From assembly GCA_052327205.1 (NCBI GenBank), contig CM126202.1:165292001-165356000 (forward strand): a stretch of 64,000 nucleotides of DNA, written 5' to 3'. Below are positions 33,697 to 48,209 of the stretch, piece by piece. Each line of letters opens with the position of its first letter. The stretch's first letter is position 1. The position numbers were made by a program, and so were the translations under genes. The notes under the pieces were generated by a model. That model was given only the letters and a program-made list of their open reading frames with translations, was not told the DNA's origin and ran no database searches. The stretch is from Somniosus microcephalus. Taxonomy: Eukaryota.

Positions 33697-34336
33697 TACC
33701 TGTTTAAGGATCCTCTCTGAAAGTGGTCAGAAGCTGAGCACAGCAGGTTTTTCTGGTTCCTCGGCAGCCTAACTAGATGTTTTTAAAGGGGCTGCTGAAC
33801 GTGACCAATAGAAAGGTAAGTTTTTTCTTTTTAACTCACCTTGATGTGGGCCCACAGCGCTACTGCAGGCCGCTGCTGACCTACGCTCGGACCCGACCCC
33901 CCCTCTTGTTCGCCTTTCCCAGGACCCTCCTGCGGGCTGCTGCTGACCTACGCTCGGACCCGACCCCCCCTCTCGTTCGCCTTTCCCAGGACCCTCCTGC
34001 GGGCTGCTGCTGACCTATGCTTGGACCCGATCCCCCCTCTCGTTCGCCTTTCCCAGGACCCTCCTGCGGGCTGCTGCTGACCTACGCTCGGACCCGACCC
34101 CCCTCTCGTTTGCCTTTCCCAGGACCCTCCTGCGGGCTGCTGCCTGCGTCGTTGCCAGCCCAAATTGGTCCAGAGGAAATCAGCGAGCTGCCTCAGGAGA
34201 CCTGATAGGCACCTGCAGTTTGCTGGAACAACTCAGATGAGGCCCAATTTCAGATGAGCCTCCAGCTGCTGGCGTGCGTGGCAAGTGTGTCGATGATAAT
34301 GAGCTAGACAATGGACCAAAACAAATTTCTTCCTCA
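33697..34336. mobile_element. Truncated MITE-like repeat
   Basis: Right end AAATTTCTTCCTC resembles a Harbinger TIR; central AGGTAAGT...ACTCACCT; left end missing. Confidence 0.4.
33872..34143. repeat. 67-bp tandem repeat (4 copies)
   Basis: Unit gctgctgacctacgctcggacccgacccccc...ggaccctcctgcggg at 33872, 33939, 34006, 34073. Confidence 0.95.
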
Positions 34337-35119
34337 TTGGGCTGCATTGGATTATAATAAAATGTTAGGTAAAAGCACAGAAGATACGCACTCAGGACAA
34401 GTTAACAATCAACATTATTACTTGAAGTGTTTGAACATTTTAATACTTACACAATATATGATAGTTGTCATTGCTCTGCTGAACCTTCTTCTCTCCTTCC
34501 TCCTAAATTATTAAAACTTCATCCTATGATCTCTTTGCTCCTTGTGTGGAAATCAAGACTCTTTGCTGCCTCTCTAACGCTGACTCATTCTTTCCCAGTA
34601 CCTCAAAATCATGGAGCTCCTCAGTTCCCTTAGCCTTTCTTCCTCCTAACTTCAATTCCAATTGAATATCTTGTATAACTCAACTATTAGCTGATTTCAA
34701 CTGTTCATTTTTCATTTATCCACGTATGTATCTTTTAGCTCCTTTTTAAAGTTAATCCTTTCCTTCCCTTTATTTTGTCTCCCCATGTCACACATCTTCC
34801 TGGTCAAGAGGTGAGTGTGTGATATTTTGAATTTGGCCACTAGCAGATGCATCAGGATTGGTTGGGGATAACTGCTTCTGGTGTTCTGTCCTTCCCTCTT
34901 GTGTTTACTCAATACATCACTCAGACATGAAGCCAGTGTGTAATAAATCCAAGAAGCAAGTCTACCTCCTTGAAACAGTGTGCAAAGGCTTTAATAATTT
35001 ACTTCACTATATTTTCATATTGTATTTGCTCCATTAGCTGCCATTGTGCTTCTTTCAGCTGGGAAGAGTGAAGCTTCAACCCACAAGCATGCAGAGAGTT
35101 ATCGGCAATGCTTTTCTAT

Positions 35120-35690
35120 GAAATTCTATTCACATTTAAGGGGAGGTTTGAGGCCTACATGAGGGCGAAGGGAATAGAGGGATAATGGAGAGCAGGATGG
35201 GAAGTGGTATTTAGAGTGAGAGGAGGCTTGTGTGGAGAATAAACACCAGCTTAGACCAGATGGACCCAATGGAGGTGGGCGTGTGGGGCCCAGCATTTCC
35301 TACAGAGCCGGGTACAGCAGCACCAAAGTGGTGAGTGGGAGCAGTGCCATGAGAGGAGCTGCCAATAAAGGGGTGAGTGAAACCTGGGGACTTTAATGTG
35401 GGTAAACAGCGAAAGATTGTTTCCACTGGTGGGTGAATGGGGAGCAAGAGGATGGAGACTGAGGATTCTCTTGGGAAGGACCAAGTGGGAGGGAGAAAGA
35501 AAGTTTTTTGCTATTAGACCATGAGGTGCTTCATCACAAGAGACCAGAACATAATTTAAGGGGGACTGGAATAGGCATTTGAAAAGGATATATATAAAGG
35601 GATCTGGGGGAATGGGGTTACAGGAGAGAGGATCAGCTCCAGGGGACAAATGGCTGTCTCCTGTGCTGTAATTGCTATCATTCCATGAAA
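35120..35690 (+). mobile_element. Two old CR1-type 3' end fragments
   Basis: Decayed FKGRFE...KGIEG and 3'UTR-like segments. Confidence 0.5.
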
Positions 35691-36855
35691 ATCTCTTTTT
35701 TTTTAACTGAGTCTGGGCCCAGAGAGTGGTTTCGAAATGTTTGTGCTGAGCTGTGTTTAGGATGATGTGCCCTCTGAGAAGTGCCCCAAACACTGAGCTC
35801 ACTTCCCTTTGTGCAATCTCTCGGTTTGGTTGAGGTCAGTCTGTGCTGGCGGGTTTTAACATGTGAAGTCCAAATACAGATCGGCTCTGACAGGATCCCA
35901 GTTCAGAGTTGTCATCTTCACACAGAACCTGAGTCCAAACCAGAGTCTAAGGAGATGGGAAGAGAGATCAGGCCTGTTAAAAGTGGCATTGGCTGGGGAG
36001 TTTGACTTCACCTTGTGTTGTGCAGGGGATATCTGGCTGTAGTTACAGGATGAATATTAATGAGTTATAGGATTACTACTAGTTACAAGTAAGATATTGG
36101 GGCATTACACCTATTACTATCAATTACATATGGACTATCAGTGAGTTATTAATGTTGGTTATGAGGGTGTTACCAATACTAATATTAGTTATCAGTGTAA
36201 TTTCAGTGAGTTATTATTAGTTACTGGTGGAATCAAAGTTTATCCCACCTCTGGCTTCACCCCTGTGAATCCTTCCCCCACCTTTAGTTTCCCTTCTTCA
36301 CCTGCTCACGGGCAGTCTCCTGGTTCTTGGAACTTCTAGGACAACAACTGCTGGCACCAAGCCATGAGCAAAGATACTCAACTCAACGACAAGGGACCCA
36401 ACCTTTATAAAGTAAATATAATAGCATTTGCAGATGTCATGTGATCAAACCTCAAGAATTGCCTCCAACCAGAGTTAGCAACTGCAGGTCGAGTGCCAAC
36501 AAAACCTAGTCACTGGCGAGAAAATGAATTGAAATATTTGTTGAATGAAAATCAATGTAAGCCCTCAGAATGCTTGTAATGCATTTATATGATAGAACCA
36601 CTTCTTAAAATGGTGCAACTGAGGAAGAGTCACTCTGAGCCACTCGATGTTTTCTGTTTATATAATCTCGTGCAGATTCTAAAGCAGCAGAACAGCCATG
36701 CATACACAAAGATGTCTAACTATGTTTATGGTCACTTTTCACTTCCCCGGTGACTGAGCAAAAACTAGAAGACTGCACCGTCGGCTTGCATAGTGCTTAG
36801 TCCATTGGTGACAAGACAGCATAGCAGCCTCTACCTCTAACTGCAACGAGACATT

Positions 36856-37577
36856 GGCCCAGATTTTGCTGTAAAAATAACAGTGAGGCTAACGGCGCTC
36901 ACTGTTATTTAAGCGTAAATCGGACAGCAACTTCTGCCGAATGGAGACTCACAGTTAAACACAAAAATCCAGAAGTTGGTGTTCGAGATGTGCTGCTCCT
37001 CCGTAAACTGCACGAAAACGCCATTTCACCATCTGGCTCCCGATTCAAATGTATTGAACGGCATGAATTTCCTATACTGACGTCGTAGATACGGACTAAA
37101 CTCATCCATTTCTGTCTAAGTCCCCTTTTAACGGTGTGGTAAGTTTTAATTACTGCCAAATAACCTCTCTGGCACTGAAAATTAACTTTTACAAGTGTGG
37201 AGTCTCATTCCTTCAGCTTTTAATGATTGTATTTAGATTTTAAACATTTTTAATAACTTTTTCTTCCTGTCTCTTTTATCTCTCTCTCTTAATCTGATCT
37301 TTCTTTCCCTGCCCTTATTTTGTTCACTGTGCCTGATTTGACATTGAATTAAGTATTCTAACTGACACTTCCTGGTTTAGACTCTGCGCTGCACATTTAT
37401 CAATCCTTCCATCTGATTGATTAAGGAGAGACACAGTTGCTTGCTTTGTTCACAGGGGTCCCAGACGCCCTGTAAAGGGTGCCGCGCAGTTCAACCGTCC
37501 CCCTGGCAGTAACTTGCCATGCAAAACCCCATGGAAAGACTTGCATTTGCCCATAGACCCGCCATTAATTCTGGCCC
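36856..37577. mobile_element. Harbinger-type MITE
   Basis: TIRs GGCCCAGATTTT / TAATTCTGGCCC; TSD ATT on both sides. Confidence 0.75.
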
Positions 37578-37790
37578 ATTACATCTTGGGGTGTTACAGG
37601 TCTAGAGGAACCTCAGAAACCAGTGCACTGGGTGATTCCCGATACCTCCAGGGATAGCAGTGCTTCCATCCTTCTACACAACACTGCAGAGCCCAGGAGG
37701 CCATTGGGACTTTAAGGTGCTAAACTCAACTCGTCACTCTTTAACAAAAGCAAAATACTACTGGATAGCTTCACTCTTTAATATTACATT

Positions 37791-40700
37791 TGTAGTGTAT
37801 GTGCTTTAAGTCAGAACTACTTTTTACAGCTCCTGTATACTGTAGTACCAGCAGTAACCACACTGGTATATAAGCTGTGCGAATGCCTCTGTACTCCAGT
37901 CCAGAGATGACCTTCCTCCAGTAAAGACCTGTTGTTTGTTTATATACAGCATCCGTGTAATTCTTTATCCACTGAACCACGGATCTAACAGTGGCGACGA
38001 GTGTTGATGCGAATCTACCTGCAACATTAAACAAAAAAATAAATAAATAGTCGAGTCCAGGAACACGGGCGTCGACCGCGAGCAACCGCCCAGCAGTCAG
38101 GCAGAGATCCAACTTCGCTGGGGAGGCTGTGGAGGGTCGGGCTTGGTTCCCCAGCCACAACAAGCAGTAAGAGACCAACGGCAGGTCCAGAGCAGACCCT
38201 TCCCGAGCAGCGGCGGCTGGAGCCGACCAACGGCAGACAGAGAGAGCCGGGCAGCGTCGACGGGATAAGAAAGAGGGTGAAGAGAGCAGGGCGCAGCCGG
38301 GGATTGATCACCGAGCGGCGTCGAGGAAAAATACTGCAAACCGGAGAGAGAGAGGGTAAGAAACAGCCGGGTTCTAGATTGAGCGGCATCGACAAATATC
38401 AAGAGAAGAACGCGCAGAGCACAGCCAGGGATCACGGGCTGATCAGGGTCCGCGGGGTGCAGCAAGGGGAGATGCCATTGAGCCGCGGAGAAGCAGGGAG
38501 AGTGCGGGAGGCGCCATTGAGCCGCGGAGAAGGAGGAAGAGCGCAGGAGATGCCATTTTGCGAAGCCGCAGCGGAGAAGACGGGCGAGCGCGGGAAGGAA
38601 GAAAAGTGCAGGAGACGCCATTTTGTGCCAGCGGAGAAGAAGGGGAAGTGCGGGAGGTGCCATTGGGGATAGTTAACGCACAACCAAGGATGCCGAAGAG
38701 TGGCAGTATCTCTACGTTCGACAATGAAGTCGAAGATTGGGCGACATATGTGGAATGTATTGAGGTGTACTGCAGGGCGAATGAAGTGCCAGATGCTAAT
38801 AAAGCACTGGTTATGTTAAATTACATGGGTGCAAAAAACTTATGGGTTACTGCGAAATCTAATAACCCCAGAGAAGCCGGTAAACAAGGATTTTGGAAGC
38901 ATAGTAGAAATCCTACAGGACCACTTAAGCCCCACACCGCTGCTGATAGCAGAATGATTTAAGTTCCATAAAAGGAACCAACACAAAGACAAAAGCAATG
39001 CTGAGTACCTAACGGAACTGCGCAAGCTATCGAAATACTGCCAGTTTGGAGCGGGACTAGCAGACACGTTAAGGGACAAGTTTGTGTGTGGGCTACAAAG
39101 TGAAGGAACCCAGAAATGGCTTCTATCAGAAAAGGACCTTACGCTGAACAAAGCTTTCAATATGGCAGTATCACACGAAGCAGCCACAAGGGGCGCTGCA
39201 GAGATACAACGGAGACCGCAAGAATACGGCACCAACGAAATGACCTATGGAACAGGGAAGTGCTATCGCTGCGGCAGAACAACACATCACCAGAAAGATT
39301 GTTGGTTCAAGGGCCAAGTGTGCAGACACTGTGGGAAAGCAGGACACATAGCAAGAGTCTGCAGGTCTGGGAAGAAAACCAACAGTAAGAAATCTCCACA
39401 GGAGAAGTACAAAAAGGTACACCAGGTGATGGACAGTGGTTCAGACGAACAGAAGAGTGACACAGACTCCGGAAGCAAGGAGCTGGGTTGTCTGAAACTA
39501 CATAATGTAACCGAAATAGAGGATCACCCGACTATCTGGGTTACACTCAAGATAGACGGAGTCCAAGTGGAAAAGGAATTGGACACGGATCAGCTCTAAC
39601 AGTCATAAATCAAAGAGACTACAAGCGGCTATTTTCACACATACCCTTGAAAGCTACAGAGATTGTCTTGAAGACGCATACGGGGCAAAAAGTCTACCCC
39701 AAAGGAAAAATAAGGGTGAAAGTGACATATAAAGGTCAGGAAATACCTAAAATGGATATATATGTATTGCCAAATGGAGGACCACCACTGCTAGGACGTG
39801 AGTGGATCCGGAAGATACATTTAGCTTGGCATTCCATACAGGCTGAAGGTGGAGGCCAAAAAGGATGACGACGTCACACCTGGACGACTGTCAAAAATGC
39901 TAACTGACGCAAAAGAAGTGTTCCAGGAGGGACTAGGAACACTAAAAGGAATAACAGCAACAATTAAAATAGAGGTTAATGCAAGCCCAAAGTTTCTGAA
40001 GGCCTTATGCGATCAGACCAGCGGTGGAAACAGAGCTGGAAGGGTTGGAATGTTCAGGAGTACTGTCCAAAGTGGACTGGAGCGAGTGGGCTACACCCAT
40101 CATCCCTGTAATGAAGAGGTCGTTGAGTAATACGCCTGGGGAACCAAAGAAGGTCCGCATCTGTGGGGATTTTAAGGTGACAGTGAACCCAGTCCTTCAC
40201 ACGGTGCAATATCCGCTTCCACGAATTGAGGATATTTTCGCCTCGCTATCTGGTGGTAAACGCTTCACCAAAATTGATCTAGCCCAGGTGTACTTGCAAA
40301 TGGAGGTAGAAGAAGCTTCGAAACATTACCTTACGATCAACACCCATAAAGGTCTCTATCAATACAACCGGCTGGTGTTTGGAGTAGCCTCGGCTCCGGC
40401 TATCTGGCAAAGGGCGATGGATCAGGTCCTGCAAGGGATTCCAGGGACCCAGTGTTATTTGGACGACATCTTGCTCACGGGCGAAAATGACGGTGATCAC
40501 CTCGCTAACTTGGAGAAGGTGCTCGCTAGATTAAAGGAATATGGGCTATGAGCTAATCGCCACAGGTGCGAGTTTTTCCAGAAACAGATCTCGTATTGCG
40601 GCCACGTCATTGATGAAGAGGGGTTACATAAGTCCCCTGACAAGATTGAGGCAGTAGTCAAGGCTCCAGCACCGGAAAATGTGTCACAACTGAGGTCATT

Positions 40701-42911
40701 GCTCGGGCTGATAAACTATTTCCACAAGTTCTTACCAAATTTGTCTACGGTGCTACACCAGCTGAACACCCTACTGCAAACAGGGGTACCATGGGAGTGG
40801 GATGAAGAACGTAGATGAGCTTTCCAGAAGTGTAAAGAATTGATCACATCAAAAGAGGTGTTGGCCCATTTCAACCCAGCACTATCAATTCGTTTGGCAT
40901 GTGATGCATCACCCTACGGCATTGGAGCGGTGCTGTCGCACAAATTCCCAGACGGGTTGGAGAGGCCAGTGGCCTTTGCGTCTCGGTCACTAACCTCAGC
41001 CGAGCGCAACTACGCCCAGATTGACAGGGAGACCCTCAGCCTAGTATGGGGAGTAAAAAAATTCAACCATTATCTGCATGGGCAGAAGTTGCCTTGCTGA
41101 CTGACCACCAACCACTTGTCTCCATCTTTAATCCTAAGAAGGGCATGCCAGTAATGACTGCACAGCGGTTACAAAGATGGTCCCTGTTTCTAGGGGCGAA
41201 TCAATATGAAATAGAATATAAAGGCACGAAACAGCATGGGAATGCTGATGGGCTATCGCGCCTGCCACTGCCTACAGTGGAGGAAGCACCAGCAGTGGAA
41301 CCTATCGAGATATTTCATTCATCGATAATTGAACGATTGCCAGTAACAAACGCGGATATAGAGAAGGAGACCCGCAATGATCCGACGCTGCCATGGGTAT
41401 ATGAATTGACGATGAGGGGATGGCCAACACATGGCGACTCACTGTTGCCAGCATTCTCATCCAGAAGAGAACAGCTGTCAGTATGCCAGGGGACAGTGAT
41501 GTGTGGATCCAGAGTGGTGATTCCACCCAAGTTAAGGGAGAGAGTGCTAAAGGAGCTACATGAAGGTCATCTGGGGGGAGTGAAAATGAAAAGCCTTGCT
41601 AGGGCTTATGTGTGGTGGCCGGGAATCGATCAACAAATCGAAGATCTAACTAAGAGCTGCTTAGGATGCCAGAAGTTCCAAAATGCACCACCACATGCTC
41701 CTCTACACCCATGGGAGTGGCTGTCCGCTCCATGGCAACGGGTGCATATTGATTTCGCTGGTCCATTCATGGACTCAATGTTCTTAACAGCAGTGGATGC
41801 TCATTCAAAGTGGCCTGAGGTGATAAAAATGTCTTCAACCACTACAGAGGAAACGATTGCAGTCCAAGGAACCATATTTGCCAAAAATGGTTTGCCAGAG
41901 CAGATTTGCTCTGATAATGGACCAAAGTTTGTGTCCGACGAGTTCCAAAAATTCATGAAAAGGAATGGGGTAAGGCATTACACATCCGCCCCGTATCATC
42001 CAGCCACCAATGGATTGGCTGAGAGGTTCGTACAAACCTTTAAGAAGGCGATAAAGGCCATGTGCAACACGGAAATTCCACTACAGCATAAGATGGACAA
42101 TTTCTTATTAGCCTACCGAAACGCGACACATGCAGTTACCAACCAGACCCCGGCCATGATGTTCTTTAACCGAAGGTTGAGATCTCGTCTGGACTTGCTC
42201 AGACCAAATGTGCGAAGAAATGTTGAGGACAAACAATTCCAGCACATCAACGAGAAGCCGACAAGGAGCTTCAATGTAGGGCAACCAGTCTTGGCCCGTG
42301 ACTATCAAACAGAGAAGTGGCAACCCGGAACGATATGTACAAGGCAGGGGCCATTAATGTACACAGTGGATGTCGGGGAGAACATTGTGAGACACCACGT
42401 CGATCAGATCTTAGCGTCACAGGAAGGCGTCAACCCCATGTCTCGAGTACCTGGGGATGAACCCGACATACCGGTAGCATCTACTTCAGACCCAGTAGCA
42501 GTGGAACCCGATGAACTACCCGATGAAAAGGGGTCAGAATTGCCTCTGCACCAAGAACAAGAACCTCTGGAAAGGCGCTATCCCGAAAGAGTCAGGAAGC
42601 CGCCCCAAAGACTGAATCTGTAAATGGACTTTTTGTTATTGAATGTACATGTAAAAATGTAATTGTTATTTGAATATTAAGGGGGTATTATTAATCTAAA
42701 AAGGGAGGAATTGTAGTGTATGTGCTTTAAGTCAGAACTACTTTTTACAGCTCCTGTATACTGTAGTACCGGCAGTAACCACACCGGTATATAAGCTGTG
42801 CGCATGCCTCTGTACTCCAGTCTAGAGATGACCCTCCTCCAGTAAAGACCTGTTGTTTGTTTATATACAGCATCCGTGTAATTCTTTATCCACTGAACCA
42901 CGGATCTAACA
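37791..42911 (+). mobile_element. Ty3/Gypsy LTR retrotransposon (Mag-like), full structure, decayed (Gypsy B)
   Basis: 200-bp LTRs 37791-37990 and 42712-42911 (5 differences by eye); 5-bp TSD ACATT; PBS TGGCGACGAG 37992-38001; PPT 42698-42710. Confidence 0.96.
38690..42623 (+). pseudogene. gag-pol of Gypsy B (capsid, 2 CCHC, PR, RT, RH, INT) with stops and frameshifts
   Basis: MPKSGSISTFDNEVEDWATYVE..., RDKFVCGL..., DTG, YLDD, HIDFAGP; colinear with 6525-9950; broken into several ORFs. Confidence 0.93.
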
Positions 42912-43686
42912 ACATTAACTTCAGAGGATGCTAGATTGAAAACTGATTTTTTTTGAATCATTAAAAAACCATCATTTATAGCAAGAATTAAATCTTTACA
43001 TAAGTACTGCATTGTATGTTGTGGAACTTAATAAACGCCAGTCATTGGAGATTATCTTTTTCATTTCTTGCAATCTATGAAAAACCAAACAGTAACTTGT
43101 TAGTTTATATCTATTCAAAAAATATTGCTGGAACCATCAAGTATAAAACTGCATTCTCTGTACAATTTAGAAACTTAATATTTTTGATGGCGCATGTAAA
43201 GCTCGATCCCAGAGGCCTTCAAGATTTAGAGATCTGCCCAATTAAGTACAGACCAATTCTATAGTTCAGTATAACCTAAGGTGATTTGTTTTATTCGATG
43301 ACGTTTTTATTCTACCAGCCAAAGGATGCAACTAAACACCAGAAGGAAATCTGGATGTAATCAATAGGGCACATGAATGGTAACTTTATAAGTAATATTA
43401 TTTGTTACTGAGGTTCAATTTTGTTACATGATTTACAACGTAGTAAATACATACATTGTGAAAACAGTAGAACTAGTGCTGGATCCTGTGTTAGAGGGGA
43501 TCAGGGTTAGTCTGTTATTAAAATATCTATTAAGGTTTTTATCAACTTTGTAAGAAGAAAAATTTCCTGATATCAGTCCATATTTTATGGGTTACATAGA
43601 AACATAGAAGATAGGAGCAGGAGTAGGCCATTCGACCCCTCGAGCCTGCTCCGCCATTCAATGAGATCATGGCTGATCATCCAAAC

Positions 43687-46630
43687 TCAGTACCCTGTCC
43701 CTGCTTTCTCCCCATATCTCTTGATCCCTTTAGCCTTAAGAAATATATCTAACTCCTTCTTGAATATATTTAATGAATTGGCCTCAACTGCCTTCTGTGG
43801 GAGAGAATTCCACAGGTTCGCCACTTTCTGGGTGAAGAAATTCCTCCTCATCTCTGTCCTAAATGGTTTACCCCTTATCTTTAGTCTGTGACCCCTGGTT
43901 CTAGACTCCCCCGCCATTGGGAACATCCTTCCTGCATCTAGTCTGTCTAGTCCTGTTAGAATTTTATAAGTTTCAATGAAATCCCCTCTCATTCTTCTAA
44001 ACTCCAGCGAGTATAAGCCCAATCAACCCAATCTCTCCTCATATGTCATTCCTGCCATGCTAGGTATCAGTCTGGTGAATCTTCGCTGCACTCCCTCCAT
44101 GGCAAGAACATCCTTCCTCAGATAAGGCGACCAAAGCTGCACACAATACTCAAGGTGTGGTCTCACCAAGGCCCTGTACAACTGCAGCAAGACATCTTTG
44201 TTCCTGTACTCGAGTCCTCTCGCTGCGAAGGACAACATACCATTTGCCATCTTAACCGCCTGCTGCACCTGCATGCTTACCTTCAGCGACTGGTGCACAA
44301 GGACACCCAGGTCTTGTTGCACTTCCCCTTCTCCCAATCTATTGCCATTCAGATAATAATCTGCCTTCCTGTTTTTGCCACCAAAGTGGATAACCTCGCA
44401 TTTATCCACATTATACTGCATCTGCCATGTATCTGCTCAATCACCCAACCTGTCCAAATCATACTGGGTTTTCTCGGAATCCTCCTCACAGCACACATGC
44501 CCACCCAGCTTTGTGTCGTCTGCAAACTTGGAGATATTACATCTAGTTCCCTCGTCCAGATCATGAATATATATTGTGAATAGCTGGGGTCCTAGCACCG
44601 ATCCCTGTGGTACCCGACTAGTCACTGCCTGCCACTCAGAAAAAGAGCCGTTTATTCCAATTCTTTGCTTCTTGTCTGCCAGCCGGTTCTCTGTCCAAGT
44701 CAGTACCTTGCCCCCAATCCCATGTGCTTTAACTTTACACGCTAATCTCTTATGAGGGACCTTATCAAAAGCCTTCTGAAAGTCCAAATACACCACATCC
44801 ACAAAAAATTCCAGTAGATTAGTTAAGCACGATTTACCTTTTGTAAATCCATGTTGACTTTGTCCGATCCTGTCACTGTTTTCCAAGTGCTCTGCTGTTA
44901 TACCTTTTATAATGGACTCTAGCATTTCCCCCACTACCGATGTCAGGCTTACCGGTCTATTATTCCCCATTTTCTCGCTACCACTTTTTTTGAATAGTGG
45001 GGTAACATTAGCTACCCTCCAATCCATGGGAACTGTTCCAGAATCTATAGAATTTTGTAAGATGACCAGCAATGCATCTTCTATTTCTGGGGCCACTTCC
45101 TTAAGTACCCTAGGATGTAGATTATCAGGCCCTGGGGATTTATCAGCCTTCAATCCCATCAATTTCCTTAACACCATTTCCCTACAAATACTGATTTCAT
45201 TCAGTTCCTCCCTCTCATTAGATCCTATGTTCCCCGACATCTCTGGGAGGTTATTTGTGTCCTCCTTTGTGAAGACAGGACCAAAGTATGTATTTAATTG
45301 GTCCGCCATTTCTTTGTTCCCCATTATAAATTCCCCTGATTCTGACTGCAAGGGACCTACGCTTGACTTCACCAATCTTTTTCTCTTCACATATCTATAG
45401 AAGCTTTTACAGTCAGTTTTTATATTCTCTGCAAGCTTACTCTCATACTCTATTTCCCCCCTCTTAATTAATCCCTTTGTCCTCTTTTGCTGAATCCTAA
45501 ACTGCTCCCAATCCTCAGGTTTACTGCTTTTTCTGGCCAATTTATATGTCCTATCCTTGGATCTTATGCTATCCCTAATTTCCCTTGTTAGCCACGGCTG
45601 TGTCACATTTTTTGTTTCATTTTTATGCCAAACAGGGATGAACAAATTCTGTAGTTCATCCATGCGATCTTTAAATGTTTGCCATTGCCTATCCACCGTC
45701 AACCCTTTAAGTAACATTCCCCAATCCATCCTACCCAACTCGCGCCTCATACCATCGTAGTTTCCTTTATTTAAATTAAGGATCCTAGTCTCTGGTCAAA
45801 TACTTCACTCTCCATCTTAATGAAAAATTCGATCATATTATGATCGCTCCGCCCCAAGGGGCCTCGCACAAAAAGATTGCTAATTAATCCTTTCTCATTA
45901 CATAATACCCAGTCTAAGATGGCCTGATCTCTAGTTGGTTCCTCGACATATTGGTCCAGGAAACCATCCTGTATACACTCCAAGAATTCCTCCTCCACAG
46001 TATTGTTACTAATTTGGTTAGCTCAATTTATATGTAGATTAAAGTCACCCATGATAACTGCGGTGCCCTTATTGCACGCATCTCTAATTTCCCATTTAAT
46101 GCCATCCCCAACCTCGGCATTACTGTTTGGGGGTCTGTATACAACTCCCACTAACGTTTTCTGCCCCTTGGTATTTCTCAGCACTACCCATACAGATTCC
46201 ACATCATCAGAGCTAATATCCTTCCTTACTATTGTGTTAATCTCCTCTTTAACCAGCAATGCTACCCCACCTCCTTTTCCTTTTTGCCTGTCTTTCCTGA
46301 ATATTGAATACCCCTGGATGTTGAATTCCCAGCCTTGGTCACCCTGGAGCCATGTTTCCATAATCCCAATCATATCATATCCATTTACATCTATTTGCAC
46401 AGCTAATTCATCCACCTTATTACGAATGCTCCTCGCATTAAGACACAAAGCCTTCAGGCTTGTTTTTTTTAACACTCTTAGACCTTTTAGAACTATTATT
46501 TACTGTGGCCATGTTTGATTTAAACACTTGTCTTCTCTGCCTGCCACTTTTGCGTTTCTCCTTCCTGTCTTTTGCTTCTATCCCTTTTTCCCCATTCCTC
46601 TGTCGCCCTGCACAGGTTCCCAACCCCCTG
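43687..46630 (-). pseudogene. CR1 ORF2 (APE + RT), disrupted
   Basis: Colinear with 16841-19750; frameshifts, stops and a 12-codon deletion (LLEFF|VDVVYLDF). Confidence 0.92.
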
Positions 46631-46635
46631 CCATT

Positions 46636-47565
46636 TTAGTTTAAACCCTCCCCAACAGCACTAGCAAACACTCCCCCTAGGACTTCGGTCCCAGTCCTGC
46701 CCAGGTACAAACGGTCCAGTTTGTACTGGTCCCACCTCCCCCAGAACCGGTTCCAATGTCCCAGGAATTTGAATCCCTCCCCTTTGCACCATTCCGCTAG
46801 CCACGTATTCATCTGAAATATCCTTCTATTTCTACTCTGACTAGCACGTGGCACTGGTAGCAATCTTGAGATTACTACCTTTGAGGTCGTATTTTTTAAT
46901 TTACCTCCTAACTCCCTACATTCAGCTTTTAGGATCTCGTCCCGGTTTTTACCTATATCGTTGGTACCTATATGCACCACGACAACTGGCTGTTCACTCT
47001 CCCCCTCCAGAATGCTCTGCAGCTGCTCTGAGACATCCTAGACCCTTGCACCAGGGAGGCAACATACCATCCTGGAGTCTCGTTTGCAGCCGCAGAAACA
47101 CCTATCTATTCCCCTTACAATAGAATCCCCTATTACTATAGCTCTCCCACTCTTTTTCCTCCTGTCCTGTGCAGCAGAACCACCCACGGTGCCAGGAAGT
47201 TGGCTGCTGCTGTCTTCCCCCGATAAGCCATTCCCCCCAACAATATCCAAAGCAGTATATCTGTTTGAGAGGGGGTTGGCCACAGGGGACCCCTGCACTA
47301 CCTGCCTGCACCTACTACTCTGCCTGGTGGTCACCCATTCCCTTCCTGCCTGTGCAGCCTTTACCTGCGGTGTGACCAACTCCCTAAACGTGCTATCCAC
47401 GATGTCCTCAGCATCGCGAATGCTCCAGTATGTATCCATTCGCAGCTCCAGCGCCGCAATGCAGTCTGCCAGTAGCTGCAGCTGGATACACTTCCCGCAC
47501 ACATGGTCTTCAGAGACACAGGAAGTGTCCCTGGTTTCCCACATAGTGCAGGAGGAGCATACCAC
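46636..47565 (-). pseudogene. CR1 ORF1: zinc finger/leucine zipper + SGNH esterase, disrupted
   Basis: CSSC...CGKC, IVIGDSIVRG, CLPGARV, HIGTNDIG; break near 47040. Confidence 0.88.
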
Positions 47566-47876
47566 GGCACCGAGCTGTCCTGCCTTGACTTACCCTTCAA
47601 TTAATTTAAATTAACTTAAATCAAATCAATACCACCAATTACACTACAATTAAATGATATACTCAAGGGCCTTTGGTTACTAACACTAGAAACTATAACC
47701 AAAAAAAAATTAAGACCTTCTAAACTTTATAAACTCTGAACCTTAACTGTCAAACTATAGAGTAGTATAAATACTCCCTGGCCACACTCACCCAATCAGC
47801 TGCTCCCTCCTGCCCACATCACGTTTGAATCGTGACGTGGCTCTGGAACGCTGCCGACGCCAGGCTGAGATTGGTA

Positions 47877-48095
47877 AGAAAGCCCACGAAAGTGAGTTTA
47901 AATACTCACTGGGTCTCCGGCCTCACTGCTCCCAACACCAGCCTCTGCAAAGAAAGCCCGCGAAAGTGAGTTTAAATACTCACTGGGTCTCCGGCCTCAC
48001 TGCTCCCAACACCAGCCTCTGCAAAGAAAGCCCGCGAAAGTGAGTTTAAATACTCACTGGGTCTCCGGTCTCACTGCTCCCGACACCAGCCTCTG
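47877..48095. repeat. 74-bp tandem repeat (~3 copies) at the CR1 5' end
   Basis: Unit ...agcccgcgaaagtgagtttaaatactcactgggtctccggcctcactgctcccaacaccagcctctgca at 47881, 47955, 48029. Confidence 0.92.
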
Positions 48096-48209
48096 TTTTC
48101 CAATATTCAGTTGGATGTAACTTCCTCAAAAAAAATCAGGAAGGCTCTTCAGGCGAGATCTCCCCCATTCTAAAGTCATGCAAGAGGGAAGTAAAAAAAG
48201 TGAGGCCAA

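Larger units (their letters stand above)
43594..48095 (-). mobile_element. CR1 LINE, near full length, decayed
   Basis: ACATAGAA tail, ORF2 fragments, ORF1, repeat-containing 5'UTR. Confidence 0.93.

Noticed and set aside
36030-36230. AT-rich quasi-periodic stretch
   Set aside because: Low complexity, no definable unit
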